From Candidatus Bathyarchaeota archaeon (GTDB lineage: Archaea > Thermoproteota > Bathyarchaeia > Bathyarchaeales > Bathycorpusculaceae), in contig CAWFFH010000003.1 of assembly GCA_963815095.1 (NCBI GenBank), positions 480,001 through 544,000 of the forward strand: DNA of 64,000 bases. Reading direction: 5' to 3'. Of this stretch, positions 30,646-41,220 are shown in pieces. Made by a program: the position numbers and the translations under genes. The notes under the pieces are model-generated. The model did no database searches, was not told the DNA's origin, and saw only the letters and a program-made list of their open reading frames with translations. The number at the start of each line of letters is the position of its first letter. Within the stretch, counting starts at the first letter, position 1.

Positions 30646-31064
30646 CTATGATAGTGACCAGTCGGGATTAAAATCTGGGAAGCGTAAAGAACATTGTTCA
30701 TAAACTTAGCTTAAAAGAAGAAGATTAGAAAATTTGCTTTTCTTCTTCTACCGTTAAACGGTTGCTTTATTGATCAGTAGAACAACAACAGATGGCAGTG
30801 AAGTGTTGTTGTTCTTCTTCTCTTTAGTTTCAGAGTTAAGTTGAAAGAAGAAGAAATCATTGAAAAAAATGTCAATTTCTTCTTCTAATCGATAGCTATT
30901 GTGCACCAAAAATAGGGCAACAGAGCTTTCTGCTAACTTTGCGAACAAAATAAACAAATACCTAGAAATCTTAAAGTTACAAATTCAACCTTTTGAAACA
31001 ATTTATTCACGGATACAAGAAAGAAAATGGATGTAGAGTCTGGAGAGCAAATTCGTTGTGGTGG

Positions 31065-31081
31065 TGGCGGGCCCGCTGGGA
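31065..31081 (-). mobile_element. tRNA 3'-end remnant (att-like), Lys/Arg-type acceptor
   Basis: Minus strand reads TCCCAGCGGGCCCGCCA; GC-rich in an AT-rich context and lies at the core/accessory transition. Confidence 0.6.
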
Positions 31082-31215
31082 CTAGCCCCTAAAAGGGGTC
31101 GGAACTTAAACTCAGAAATCGCTTAGGCAATTCAATCACGCCTTTAGTAATTTTTTGCTTGCTTTGCAATAGTTCTTTATTTGCTGACTTAATCAGTGTT
31201 GATAAATGCAAATAG

Positions 31216-31353
31216 AAGGTGATGGCACGCCTTGGGCTGGAGGTGCCATGATTAAGGATCGGATGATGTTTTTCGAAAGGGGTTACTAACTTCTAAAAGC
31301 TAACCCTTAACCGCTTCTACATCAATAGAGATAGCATAAAAGTTTTTGCCAAT
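31216..31353 (-). ncRNA. structured non-coding element, copy 1
   Basis: Homologous to 43534-43673; conserved stems plus an upstream TATA-like box. Confidence 0.55.
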
Positions 31354-31429
31354 TTCACGACTCAGTGACTACAACATAAGTTAGTGAAGTTTCCGTTGAA
31401 AATTTTAAAAAAGAAAAGAAAATGGAGTT

Positions 31430-32566
31430 CTATTTACTTCTTTTTTTGACTATCAATGTAATTGTTGCTACTACAATTACGACTACTATGACCGATAGTA
31501 TAGCTACTATGCCGAGGTTCAGTGGTGCCTCATTGGTATTGGTCAATTGAGATGATGGTGATGTCGTTGGTAATCCAGAGTCTGCACTGTCAACTGGAGG
31601 AAGGTCAGCTCCGCCGTAAGCTTGGTGTTGTACGAGATGTACTTCTCCTGTACCAGCCCAGACTTCGACTAAGAGTTCTGTGACACTACCAGGATATGTT
31701 CCGTTAAGGGGTAGGGTGACAGTCCAAATGGGGTACAAGACATTGGCTTCTTTTGCCAGCGGGTGTAAGACTGTAACTGCTTTATTCTGAGTGACATTGA
31801 ACCCCGTTACAACCCAGTCATCTGACATGCGATATGAGTAGTTCTGTATTGCATTCATTGCAATTTTTATGGCTTGTTCTTTAGAAATGTTTACGCTCGT
31901 ATCGCCTATTGAATTCACGGCTCGACCGTCGATTAGGCCTGAGAATACGCCGTCTTTGAAGCTAACGTCTAATGATAGATACTCGCATCCATTGAAAGTT
32001 TGTACCCAACGATAGTCAATTGAGTCACCAAAGAAGGTGCCAGTTGCATCAATGTGGGTTATATTAAGCTCAAGGTTGTCAGATGTGACAGTTGCATTGT
32101 TGATTGAATAGACATTTGACAGCATGGAGATCATGTTTTTTGAGTCCATCCCAGAGTAGGCTTGGTATTTCTGTAGAAAACCCTTGGCGGCATCGACTAC
32201 ATTATTGTATGATTGGTCGCTAATGGCATTTCCTTTAACAACATATGCGGCCACCATAGATACAGCATTATTTTGTATAGTGCAAATCACATCCACAGCG
32301 CTATCTTTTGATTCCAAAGAGTACGTTAGAACTTCTTGTTGGCCATTGATAGGTTGAGTCGAACCAAGGTCAGGTAGTTTTGGCACATCATAATTCCGAA
32401 GTGTTATATTATATTGCGTAGTATCAAACGGTAGCACGTTTTTTATGAAGGCTAATGCTTTATCTTGAGCTGTTGAGACTGACGAGTGCACCAAAGAAAC
32501 TCCGCCAAGCATTGTTATGATTGATAGTATAAAGATCGCACATATTACTTTGTTTAGTTGTTTCAT
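31430..32566 (-). CDS. secreted, C-terminally anchored protein with PepSY-like segment
   Basis: Signal peptide; ISKEQAIKIA...YPIW...VWAGTGEV; C-terminal TM followed by KKRSK. Confidence 0.65.
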   Translation of the reverse strand: MKQLNKVICAIFILSIITMLGGVSLVHSSVSTAQDKALAFIKNVLPFDTTQYNITLRNYDVPKLPDLGSTQPINGQQEVLTYSLESKDSAVDVICTIQNNAVSMVAAYVVKGNAISDQSYNNVVDAAKGFLQKYQAYSGMDSKNMISMLSNVYSINNATVTSDNLELNITHIDATGTFFGDSIDYRWVQTFNGCEYLSLDVSFKDGVFSGLIDGRAVNSIGDTSVNISKEQAIKIAMNAIQNYSYRMSDDWVVTGFNVTQNKAVTVLHPLAKEANVLYPIWTVTLPLNGTYPGSVTELLVEVWAGTGEVHLVQHQAYGGADLPPVDSADSGLPTTSPSSQLTNTNEAPLNLGIVAILSVIVVVIVVATITLIVKKRSK

Positions 32567-32581
32567 TTTTTATTTTCACTC

Positions 32582-33472
32582 CTAATATGATAGTACCATG
32601 TTCATGTTGCCCCATACAACCAACTGGTTGTTAAGCGGGCAGCTTTGGAAGTTGGCGGATCCATAGATAGTAGTTGCCAAATAGTTTAGAGTAGTTCCAA
32701 GACTCCAAGTAGGGTTGTTGTGCATATAGTAGAAGACTGCTGTAGCAAATTGAGCCCATTGCCAATTGGTATTTTGGGGGATACGATTCTCAAATTGAGG
32801 TGACGTCCAATCCCAACCTGCATAGACAGCTGGACCGCTAGTGCCGTACTTAGTCATATCAACGCGATGTGTAAAGGCTAAGGGCATTCCGATGTATCCA
32901 TAAGCATCTGAATATGGGTATGCAACAGGGTAACTTCTTGATGTGCCGCAGTGCCAAATAAAGTCAAAATGGCATTTTGCCTGATTGGTGGCTAAAAAGA
33001 TACTGTTGTCAGTTGCAACATCAGGATTATCTGTGCATAATAATTCATAGTGAGCGCCATTCCCCCAAGGAACACAGTGGCCTTTTGAAAAAACTGTAAC
33101 TTTGTTATTGCTTTGCTCTAAGGTGGTAAGCGTATTGTAGTAGGTGCTCGGATAAACTCTAGGGTTGGAAGGGGGATTAGGAGGAGTAGTGTCGCCATAA
33201 TAAAAATAGCAGGTGCCATCGTAATGGGCATCGAGATAGTTGTATATATACTGACAACTTTGTTGTGTTAACGATAGTTCATTGGCTGTGTCGCCAGCGC
33301 CGTTAGGGGGCGGGTCTGGTGACCAATTGTTGGGGCAGAAGACACCAGCGCCATAGTTCGTAGCACTCGCAGTTTGTATTCCCATTGAAAGTACTGGTAT
33401 AGATAGCAAACATAGAATCAAAATTGCTCCGATTGACATAATTTTAGGTTTCATGTTTCTTATCTCCGTCAA
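32582..33472 (-). CDS. secreted putative caspase/gingipain-fold cysteine peptidase
   Basis: Signal peptide; VFSKGH and FIWHCG suggest a His-Cys dyad; C-terminal VWGN. Confidence 0.5.
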   Translation of the reverse strand: MTEIRNMKPKIMSIGAILILCLLSIPVLSMGIQTASATNYGAGVFCPNNWSPDPPPNGAGDTANELSLTQQSCQYIYNYLDAHYDGTCYFYYGDTTPPNPPSNPRVYPSTYYNTLTTLEQSNNKVTVFSKGHCVPWGNGAHYELLCTDNPDVATDNSIFLATNQAKCHFDFIWHCGTSRSYPVAYPYSDAYGYIGMPLAFTHRVDMTKYGTSGPAVYAGWDWTSPQFENRIPQNTNWQWAQFATAVFYYMHNNPTWSLGTTLNYLATTIYGSANFQSCPLNNQLVVWGNMNMVLSY

Positions 33473-33866
33473 GACTATTTATCTTGCGTTTCTATGTTAA
33501 TGGGCATGGAGATTTAGCGCTATGCTTTAGGACAAAGCGTACACAAAGTAGGACAGGTCATTAACTCATATCAAGCTAAAGCAAAATCATATCTTAAAAA
33601 TCATCGATGAAGAATAAAAAAGGTTTAATGACCTAATTTGTTACGCTATTTTTGTACCCATGTTTCCCAATCATAGCTTACCGGACCAATTCAGCTTGTG
33701 ATCCAATTGTCTTTGAACCCGTAGTGCCATGAATATCGTGATGGTGCATCAAAAGAAGATTAGAGAACTTAAACCAGAAATGACTGACTTTTACGAAGTT
33801 GGAGTCACAAAAAAATGAAAGTGAGGGTTTTTATGGTTGGATATCGCGGTTGAGCGTCATATCCAT

Positions 33867-34360
33867 TTAATTTGTCATTGTATAGTTCATGGTTGTTGAT
33901 TGGAAAGTTGCTGTTTCTTGCATCGTAGAATGGATTTGGTGCATGGTGTTATATTCAAAGTAAATCTGGTAACTCAGGTTCGTGTTCATGGTTGTGTTTG
34001 AGGCCTCAACTGGCGCTGTAACGTTTAAATTTTTTAACGAGGGCGATGGTGTGTTAATGGTCATGGCGAGGTTGTTGCTGGTCAAATCTACCTCAAACAT
34101 TTTATAGGTGCCTGCAGGTACAGTGAGTTCTTTATAGCCTTTGAATGTCAACGTTAAATCGCCGGTTGTTTGGACCGATGATGATAGATTTCCAGGTAGG
34201 GCTGGTTACGGGATTGTTACTGAGTCGCAGACTTTTGCTTCTGGTTTGCTTAGCAGTTGAGCAAGATACTGATCGTTCGCTGGGCTACCGCCCGATACTT
34301 CCTGTGAGGTGTTTCCCAAGTTAACAATCGTTGTGGTGTAGTCAGGTTGAGAGGAGAGAA
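33867..34360 (-). pseudogene. fragmented paralog of 40043-40924
   Basis: LTFKGYKELTVPAGTYKMF matches FSGFQDLTVPAGTYKTF; split frames; 5' part lost next to the IS630 relic. Confidence 0.65.
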
Positions 34361-34509
34361 TTTGGTTAGAAACGTCATGGCGTTTTGGCGCTATACGCTG
34401 CTTTGAAGGTTCATGAAGGTGAGGTTTGCTAAGAAGGAGGAGAAGCATCCGCATGTGGAGTTTTTTTGGTTTTCTATAGGACGTCTACGATAGGGGTCAA
34501 AACAAGGAT

Positions 34510-34817
34510 TTGCATATTATTATGGATAATTTTAGTGCTCACAGGACTGCGGAAATTAGGCAGTGGGTTGATAAACATAAGTCTGTTCATTTCCATTTTA
34601 CTCCTACTCAAGCGTCTTGGCTTAATCAGTTGAGTTGTGGTTTTGTATTTTGTCGAGGCAGTTGTTGTCTAAGCAGGATTTTGAGTCTGTGCCTGATTTG
34701 ACTAGTCAGCTTTTAGCTTCCATCGAGCAGTTTGATAGAACTGCTAAGCCGTTTGCATGGGCGTACAAGGGAGAACCGTTAAAAACTAATCAAGGATTTA
34801 AAAGGACTGAGCACTAA
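34510..34817 (+). mobile_element. IS630-family transposase remnant (C-terminal, frameshifted)
   Basis: HIIMDNFSAH, FTPTQASWLNQ, WF..LSRQ, PFAWAY spread over two frames. Confidence 0.8.
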
Positions 34818-34871
34818 TCAGGGTCTGTTTTCGATTGGTAATAAAAACTTATTCGAAAACTTTCTATCTTT

Positions 34872-35156
34872 TCAGTCGCCATCTAATTCCTCAAAATGGT
34901 CTTTCCTGTGAATAACTCGGTTTACAAGGACTCCACTAGCCACTATTGTAAATGCAATTAGAGCGGCTAAGCCTATCCAGAGGAGCGCCATAATAAGTTC
35001 TTTTATGAATGATGACTCAGGCGTTGGAAGAGGCATCCCATTGTTTGAATTAGCGGGCGCGAGAAGATAGCCTACTTCAACTACTAAAAGACCTAACAGT
35101 ATAGCCGCTATAGCTGCCAGCGCCATTTGTGTCTTTAATCCTAACACATTTTTCAA
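34872..35156 (-). CDS. small two-TM membrane protein
   Basis: Two hydrophobic helices; divergent from the wHTH regulator. Confidence 0.6.
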   Translation of the reverse strand: MKNVLGLKTQMALAAIAAILLGLLVVEVGYLLAPANSNNGMPLPTPESSFIKELIMALLWIGLAALIAFTIVASGVLVNRVIHRKDHFEELDGD

Positions 35157-35203
35157 GCTCTAATTATCTTAAAACAAACACGCTATTATTTTAATGCTAT
35201 TTT

Positions 35204-35728
35204 TTGGAAGAGTGTACTAATTGCTGTACACTTATGGCAGTGACCAATAGAAAGAAAGTGCTTAAATGTTATGTCACCACTTTAGATTTCGAGGGGGGGG
35301 GAACTTTGAGTGACAAAGAATCCAGCGACGTTCTGAAAGGAACTGCACTTGATATTTACCGCTTTATGTTAAAGGCTAATAAACCCATTGGCGTTAGGGA
35401 ACTTGCACGAGCGCTGAAACTCAGTAGTCCTTCGGTAGCTCAGCACCACCTCATTAGGTTAGAAAGTTTGGGTTTAGTTAAGCGTGAATGCGGCAACTAT
35501 GTAGTTAACAGGATTGCATTGGATAACTGCATAAGAATTAGCCATTTTCTGATTCCCAGATATTTCTTTTATCTGCTATTTGCAGTTGTTATTCTGGCAG
35601 CTGAGCTTACCACTCTTAAACCGCTCGTTATTGACCAATTTTATCTCGTCGCAGTAATTGCAAGCATAATAGTTGTTGCTATTTTTAGCTATGAAGCCAT
35701 CAAAGTGTGGCGTAAGGGTGGACTATAG
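35204..35728 (+). CDS. membrane-anchored winged-helix regulator
   Basis: LKGTALDIY...GVRELARALKLSSPSVAQHHL followed by 2 TM helices; paralog of 62225-62665. Confidence 0.8.
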   Translation: MEECTNCCTLMAVTNRKKVLKCYVTTLDFEGGGTLSDKESSDVLKGTALDIYRFMLKANKPIGVRELARALKLSSPSVAQHHLIRLESLGLVKRECGNYVVNRIALDNCIRISHFLIPRYFFYLLFAVVILAAELTTLKPLVIDQFYLVAVIASIIVVAIFSYEAIKVWRKGGL

Positions 35729-35855
35729 AAAAAATTTTGGTTAATTTGCTCTCCTGCTAATGAAACGCTGTGTCCTATCAGGTAGTACACCCTGTCCTAG
35801 ACTATAGACGTTAATACTAATTATCAGCATCTAAAGCGCAAAGAGAGGTGATAAT

Positions 35856-36825
35856 ATGATTAAGAAGAAAAGCGCTTATAGTTTAACTGCAATACTTCTT
35901 GCCTTTTCGATGCTCTCTGTGATGACGCTTACAACGGCAGCGCAGACAGATAACCAAACTTCAGGCATCGATTCTTGGCAGCCCCCGCAAAACTTTGTTG
36001 ACCCAGTAACTTTAAAGATACAAGAGTTTAGAACACAAGGATTAAGCAATGACCAAATAACTACTGAGTTAGGAAAGCTAAACATGGGTTGGGATTCAGA
36101 GACAGGTGCAACATGGCTTGGGCATGCGTTGACTTCTGAAGAGCAGGCTAAAATGCCAATCAGTACACCAGCAAGCCTTCGAATGAAAATACAGTTACCA
36201 ACCAACAACCCAATGCAGCAACTTCTTTATTCGAGAAAGATTTCAAACATGAGGACCAGTGGATATTCATGGACAGGAGTTAGTACTGAGATAGTTTGTG
36301 GCTCTATGAATGTAGCTTCAGGTCAAACTCTAAACCACTATCTTGTGTCCAATTAGGAGACTTAAATGGCATTACTAACTGGGCTGAAGTAGTTGTTACC
36401 CATGATCTAGGTGAAGCTTACAAGTGGTATACTTATGATTCCGATGAAGGCGGAGGCAGCATGACATATTACATGGACAAGAACACACCCTCAACTGCAA
36501 CGGATACATTTGTAATGATGTTAGATGGCACCCAGGACAGCAATGTTGGAAATACGATGTCTGGATAAATTACAATTGGGTCAGAAGCGGACACCTATCA
36601 AACCTTTGGGTTCAAGGAGGCTTCCAGAACGAAGTATACAGCAACGGACAATTCACCAACGACGCCTCACATTCGACATTCTACCGGAACTGGCTTCACA
36701 ACGCTGGAGGCTGGTCCTACTGGACAAATTCAGTCAGCACAAGTTGGGGTACCGCATCTCCAGTGCATGAAAGCCACTACATGAGCACCTACAGCTACTA
36801 CTGGGACACATGGGTACAAAATTAG
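35856..36825 (+). pseudogene. frameshifted secreted protein, possibly neprosin/glutamic-peptidase-like
   Basis: Signal peptide; reading continues across at least two frameshifts (CVQLG..WAEV; WKYDVWIN..GFQNEVY..WDTWVQN*). Confidence 0.6.
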
Positions 36826-36986
36826 AAACCCATTACCAACTACTTTTTTCTCTTTTTCCAGCATTTTTATTCTTCTTGATAGGAGGGCAGTCCGGCAATC
36901 TGTACTGAGTTTAGTACACAGTGTCCTAGAGCGTAGAAATAACTAACTCTTGTTTATTAAGACAAGATAGAATAGGGCGTGAAAAA

Positions 36987-38816
36987 ATGAAAAAAAAGAT
37001 TTCTATTATTTGCCTAATTCTTATCGGCCTATTGCTGTCAACTTTTCTTTTTATAAGACCAGCAGCCGCGGAAGAAATAGGCTACCAAAACATTTCGGTG
37101 CATGATGCTAAACAAATGATAAAACATACACCAGACATATTGATTCTGGACGTTAGAAACCAAAGTGAATACAATCTGGGTCACTTATATGACTCAATTC
37201 TGATACCGCTATTTATCCTAGAGAGCAATGCTACTAGTAAAAATCAGCTTGCAAACGATACGATAAATATAAATGGAGTTACTTTGCCTGTTATTAATCA
37301 GCAAAATGAAATTCTTGACCTCCAAAAACACATCAATGATCCAATTATAGTCTATTGTGCAGCTGGAGCAAGAAGTGCGCCCGCATGTCAAATTCTGGTA
37401 AACCTTGGTTTTACCCACGTTTACAACATGGAAGGCGGCATAATCAGTTGGATACAAGCGGGGTATGTTATCTACACTAGTCAGCACACAGTTACAGTTA
37501 GTGCCAAAAATGACCACAAACTCTCGGTAAATATCGAGCCATCTCTTCTGTATCAGGACAGTTGTAGTATTTGTCAAAGCATCGCAGCAGCAGGAGACAA
37601 CTCCGTAAACTTAGCCCCAAACGGCACAACTATAAATGAACAAAATAATGGCAATCAGACTATTTATACGGTAACAAATGATGTTAACGATACACAACAA
37701 ATATACACAGTTGATGAAACCACTTTATGGAGCCAAAATCAATCTACTAGCGAGTACAATAAGACAATGAGCCTAATATCTTTGAACATTACCGGAGATG
37801 GTCAATCCATTCAAATAATGCATCTTTACGACAGTATCAAATCCCAAAACTATAACCTTTCAATACTGACAATTCTGATACCATTGGATTCACAAACATA
37901 CAACGTTTCTTCAACTGTCATTGATTTTGCACCGAGCGACCAGACTGGAATTTCATCTCTTGAGCAAGTTGCTTTCAACACATCAGTTACGTTATCACAA
38001 CTGTATACGGGTTTAAGTAAAGTCACCGATGACTTAGGAAAAATTTATCAGAAAAGCGCAGATGCTAATTTAACGAAATTTGCAGATCGATATTATACAA
38101 TTGTCGATGCATTGAATTCGTTATCGAAAACAGTAGAAAAACAACTGCCCACTTATAATTTAAGGATTTTAAACAGTACCGCTATGATACGAGATGATAG
38201 CTGGCAATGTCTAGTATGCCAAATCGCTTTTAACGCCGCTATTGGGATTGGATGCGCTATAATATGCGCTTGCAGTGCAGGAGAAGGATGTGTCCTCTGC
38301 TGGCAAATTTGGAATCAGCGTGCACTTTGGAGTCTCGGAGTATACTACGTTTGCCATAATGTTATCAATTGCGATGGAACTACTGCAACCTATTATTATG
38401 TATCAAGCATCAACTCATATAGCACATATAGCACACACGATCCATATTCGGCATCAGTAAACAATCCTGGCAATCTAGTGGGATCATCACCCAATGGTCA
38501 GTACGCAACTCTCTATGCGGGAAATTATGGAGATCAAGCAATGATTATTGGGAACATGAATGTTGGCGGCGAGCATGGTGACATATCGGTTTACTGCTAT
38601 AGCGGATCAGGCTATTACAGCAACCTATATGTCTACGTATCTTACGACGGCAATACTTGGTATGAAATCAATTCGCCTATAACGGTTTCTTCAACATCGC
38701 CAAGTTGGATTGATTTCGGCTATACTAATACGTGTTTCAATTACATTGCAGTCGTTGGTTATGATACCGGAAACAGCGTATTATTGAACATAGATGCAAT
38801 ACGTTTGACACCCTAA
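36987..38816 (+). CDS. secreted rhodanese-domain protein with Cys-rich halocin-C8-like segment and C-terminal beta domain
   Basis: LDVR..EY..GH, YCAAGARS, MEGG; CLVC...CAIICAC...CVLC. Confidence 0.7.
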   Translation: MKKKISIICLILIGLLLSTFLFIRPAAAEEIGYQNISVHDAKQMIKHTPDILILDVRNQSEYNLGHLYDSILIPLFILESNATSKNQLANDTININGVTLPVINQQNEILDLQKHINDPIIVYCAAGARSAPACQILVNLGFTHVYNMEGGIISWIQAGYVIYTSQHTVTVSAKNDHKLSVNIEPSLLYQDSCSICQSIAAAGDNSVNLAPNGTTINEQNNGNQTIYTVTNDVNDTQQIYTVDETTLWSQNQSTSEYNKTMSLISLNITGDGQSIQIMHLYDSIKSQNYNLSILTILIPLDSQTYNVSSTVIDFAPSDQTGISSLEQVAFNTSVTLSQLYTGLSKVTDDLGKIYQKSADANLTKFADRYYTIVDALNSLSKTVEKQLPTYNLRILNSTAMIRDDSWQCLVCQIAFNAAIGIGCAIICACSAGEGCVLCWQIWNQRALWSLGVYYVCHNVINCDGTTATYYYVSSINSYSTYSTHDPYSASVNNPGNLVGSSPNGQYATLYAGNYGDQAMIIGNMNVGGEHGDISVYCYSGSGYYSNLYVYVSYDGNTWYEINSPITVSSTSPSWIDFGYTNTCFNYIAVVGYDTGNSVLLNIDAIRLTP

Positions 38817-38849
38817 GCCATTCTCATCTTTTCTTTTTTTTAAAAAAAA

Positions 38850-39012
38850 CCATATGTCCATAAGTAACATACAAGGCTTTTCCCTGTTGTGCGAGGTTCT
38901 TTACCCCCCTCAATCGGCAAAGCTTTTTCCATACCGAAAGATAGCTTCCTTACCGTTTTCCCCTCCTAAAAGAAGTTAACCACAAGTTTGTATGCTGGTT
39001 ATGGACATATGG
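38850..39012. mobile_element. MITE (163 bp)
   Basis: TIR CCATATGTCCATAA perfect for 14 bp and 22/25 overall; flanked by A8 on both sides. Confidence 0.75.
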
Positions 39013-39194
39013 AAAAAAAAGCACAGAAGCCTTTTAGTTAAGAATTTTTGCACTAAATAAAATATATTGTGACTGTTCTAAGAATTGATTTGACTAATCC
39101 AAAGGATTATAAGGTAAAATTAGAAACAATCGATCTGATGTATAGTTACTTTGAAAACCAGCCAAATTTGCAATCGAGAAATTTTCACTTTTAT

Positions 39195-39944
39195 TTACAG
39201 GTCGGGATTATAATTTTGAGTTCTGAAATGTCTTTTTTTACCAAAGTTGTATGATGCAATTGCTCCTACAGTTGGAGCTATTAAAAGTGAGAAGATAAGA
39301 TACCCGTCGCTCCAAAAAAATGCGTAAAGCGGGTCACCTGGTTCAAACTGTTTTCCAAGTAGCCTCGAAATGCCTACAAAAGCAAAGCCTCCTGCGATAA
39401 ATGCGATGGTTATACCTAAGAAGACTCCAATAGCTATGTATACCATTTTAGCTATTACGAGCTGCGCGTTTTTCGAGAGCACATCTCTTAATATGTGCTG
39501 GATCATGTAGCAAAATCCCATGATAAGTATTAGCGAGACTAAATTTTCATACAAATTAGACGAGTTAATGTAACCTGCTGAGTATGCTGCAAAATAAATA
39601 ACAAAAAAAGAGATAAAGGATACCATTGCTCCCAGCCAGAAACGTCGCCACCATTTAGGTTTCAGCCCAAACTGTTGTCTATTAGCTTCGGGGAAATCAG
39701 TTAGCAATCGTGATGCCAACATGCCTTTTTCAGTAAGTGCATAATTTCCGTCTTCTCTTTTCACAACTAACTCGTTAAGTATTTTAAGATGATAGTTCAT
39801 TTTTCCAGTGCTATCTATTGCAAGACCATTCATTAATTCTGTATAGCTTAAGCTTACTTTTTCATGCAGTAAGAGTAACATTTTGCTTCTGGTTTCATCT
39901 TTTAGAATTTTATGTAGCGAAGCAATTCCGGAACTCATGAGCAA
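39195..39944 (-). CDS. ArsR-like wHTH regulator with four C-terminal TM helices
   Basis: LKDETRSKML...STGKMNYHLKIL...YALTEKG followed by a hydrophobic region. Confidence 0.8.
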   Translation of the reverse strand: MLMSSGIASLHKILKDETRSKMLLLLHEKVSLSYTELMNGLAIDSTGKMNYHLKILNELVVKREDGNYALTEKGMLASRLLTDFPEANRQQFGLKPKWWRRFWLGAMVSFISFFVIYFAAYSAGYINSSNLYENLVSLILIMGFCYMIQHILRDVLSKNAQLVIAKMVYIAIGVFLGITIAFIAGGFAFVGISRLLGKQFEPGDPLYAFFWSDGYLIFSLLIAPTVGAIASYNFGKKRHFRTQNYNPDL

Positions 39945-40042
39945 TATATAGTGTGCTAAAGCATTTTAGGCTTTTTGACAAAATATTTAGTCAAAACACC
40001 TTAAATCTCTTAGCCCTCAAATAGACAATTGGAGATGTTTAC

Positions 40043-40924
40043 ATGTTTAGACAAGAAAATACGAGTTCATCCCATCCTATTTTTAACCTAAGCCAACCCA
40101 AAGAGAAAACGATTGGCCGGAAGCATCACAAAAAATTGTACACAATAGCCGGAGGATTAGCGGTCTTGGTCATAATTGCAGTCACGGCTCTGTTAATTCC
40201 CCAAGGATCTAGTTCACCAGTACAACTAAGCTTACAGTATACGGTAGGCGACCACATGGTTTATGACATCTCAAGCACTGTTACTGGCCAGCAGACAGGT
40301 ATTCCTCTGTCATCCCCCACGGTTTATAACTCAACAATATCTTTAGACGTCTTAAGCTTCGACGGGGAAAACTATGTCTTAAACGAAACTCTAACAACAA
40401 CGATAATAAATCATCCGTTACCGCCAATAACCCTTAATGTGAGCAAAAACAACTATTATGATAACTTCATGGCGCCCGGCGGACCAGCTATCTTTTACAA
40501 TATCAACAACAATCCAACATTGGTATCCTACTTAGCAAAATCACAGGTTAACATTGGCGATGTCTGGCAGATGCCGGTAAACACAGGCAACGCCAGCTTG
40601 GGATTAACAGGTGAAATAACAATGAAGTTCAGCGGATTCCAAGACCTCACAGTGCCAGCAGGTACATACAAAACATTCAAAATAGACACATCAACGGATA
40701 ACCTGACAATGCACTATGACCCAGCCTACTTGCAAAGCATCCACTTGGCATTCAGCGGCAACTATTCCTTGCGACTAAGCGGCACCACCTATCTAGAACA
40801 AAACACATGCCGATTAATCCAATCCGACCTAACACAATACGGAACTATGACACAACAAAGCGCTGGTAACAACGGCGTCACTACCATAACATCTACAATC
40901 TGTACAGAGAAAACGCTAACATGA
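40043..40924 (+). CDS. membrane-anchored extracellular protein (TVPAGT family)
   Basis: N-terminal TM; IGDVW and TVPAGTY motifs. Confidence 0.7.
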   Translation: MFRQENTSSSHPIFNLSQPKEKTIGRKHHKKLYTIAGGLAVLVIIAVTALLIPQGSSSPVQLSLQYTVGDHMVYDISSTVTGQQTGIPLSSPTVYNSTISLDVLSFDGENYVLNETLTTTIINHPLPPITLNVSKNNYYDNFMAPGGPAIFYNINNNPTLVSYLAKSQVNIGDVWQMPVNTGNASLGLTGEITMKFSGFQDLTVPAGTYKTFKIDTSTDNLTMHYDPAYLQSIHLAFSGNYSLRLSGTTYLEQNTCRLIQSDLTQYGTMTQQSAGNNGVTTITSTICTEKTLT

Positions 40925-41027
40925 GATACATAACCTATCCTTCCTTTTCAGTAATTCTCGCTAAATTGCTGTTGACGAGATTTTTAGTCAAAAAAAATTA
41001 AATGCATTGAGAGCGTATCTTAGCTTA

Positions 41028-41187
41028 ATGACTTCAACCCGTGAATCACTACATAAAATTCTCAAAGATGAGGCGTGAAGAAAAATCGTTCTTGTACTCA
41101 ACGAGAAAGGTAGCTTTAGGCTACACCGACTTGATGGATAGTTTAGACGTTCGTCACTACTGGCACACTAAATTACCACTTGAAGTT
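41028..41187 (+). pseudogene. decayed paralog of the 39195-39944 wHTH regulator
   Basis: MTSTRESLHKILKDEA*RKIVL...GYTDLM...TGTLNYHLK with an internal stop and frameshifts. Confidence 0.75.
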
Positions 41188-41220
41188 TTCGCATGAGTCG
41201 CAAATTATACAAACCTCTTT

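Noticed and set aside
35856-36825. Programmed frameshifting in the split secreted gene (also 10334-10564)
   Set aside because: No clear slippery site; decay or sequencing indels are simpler explanations, and this cannot be resolved without reads.
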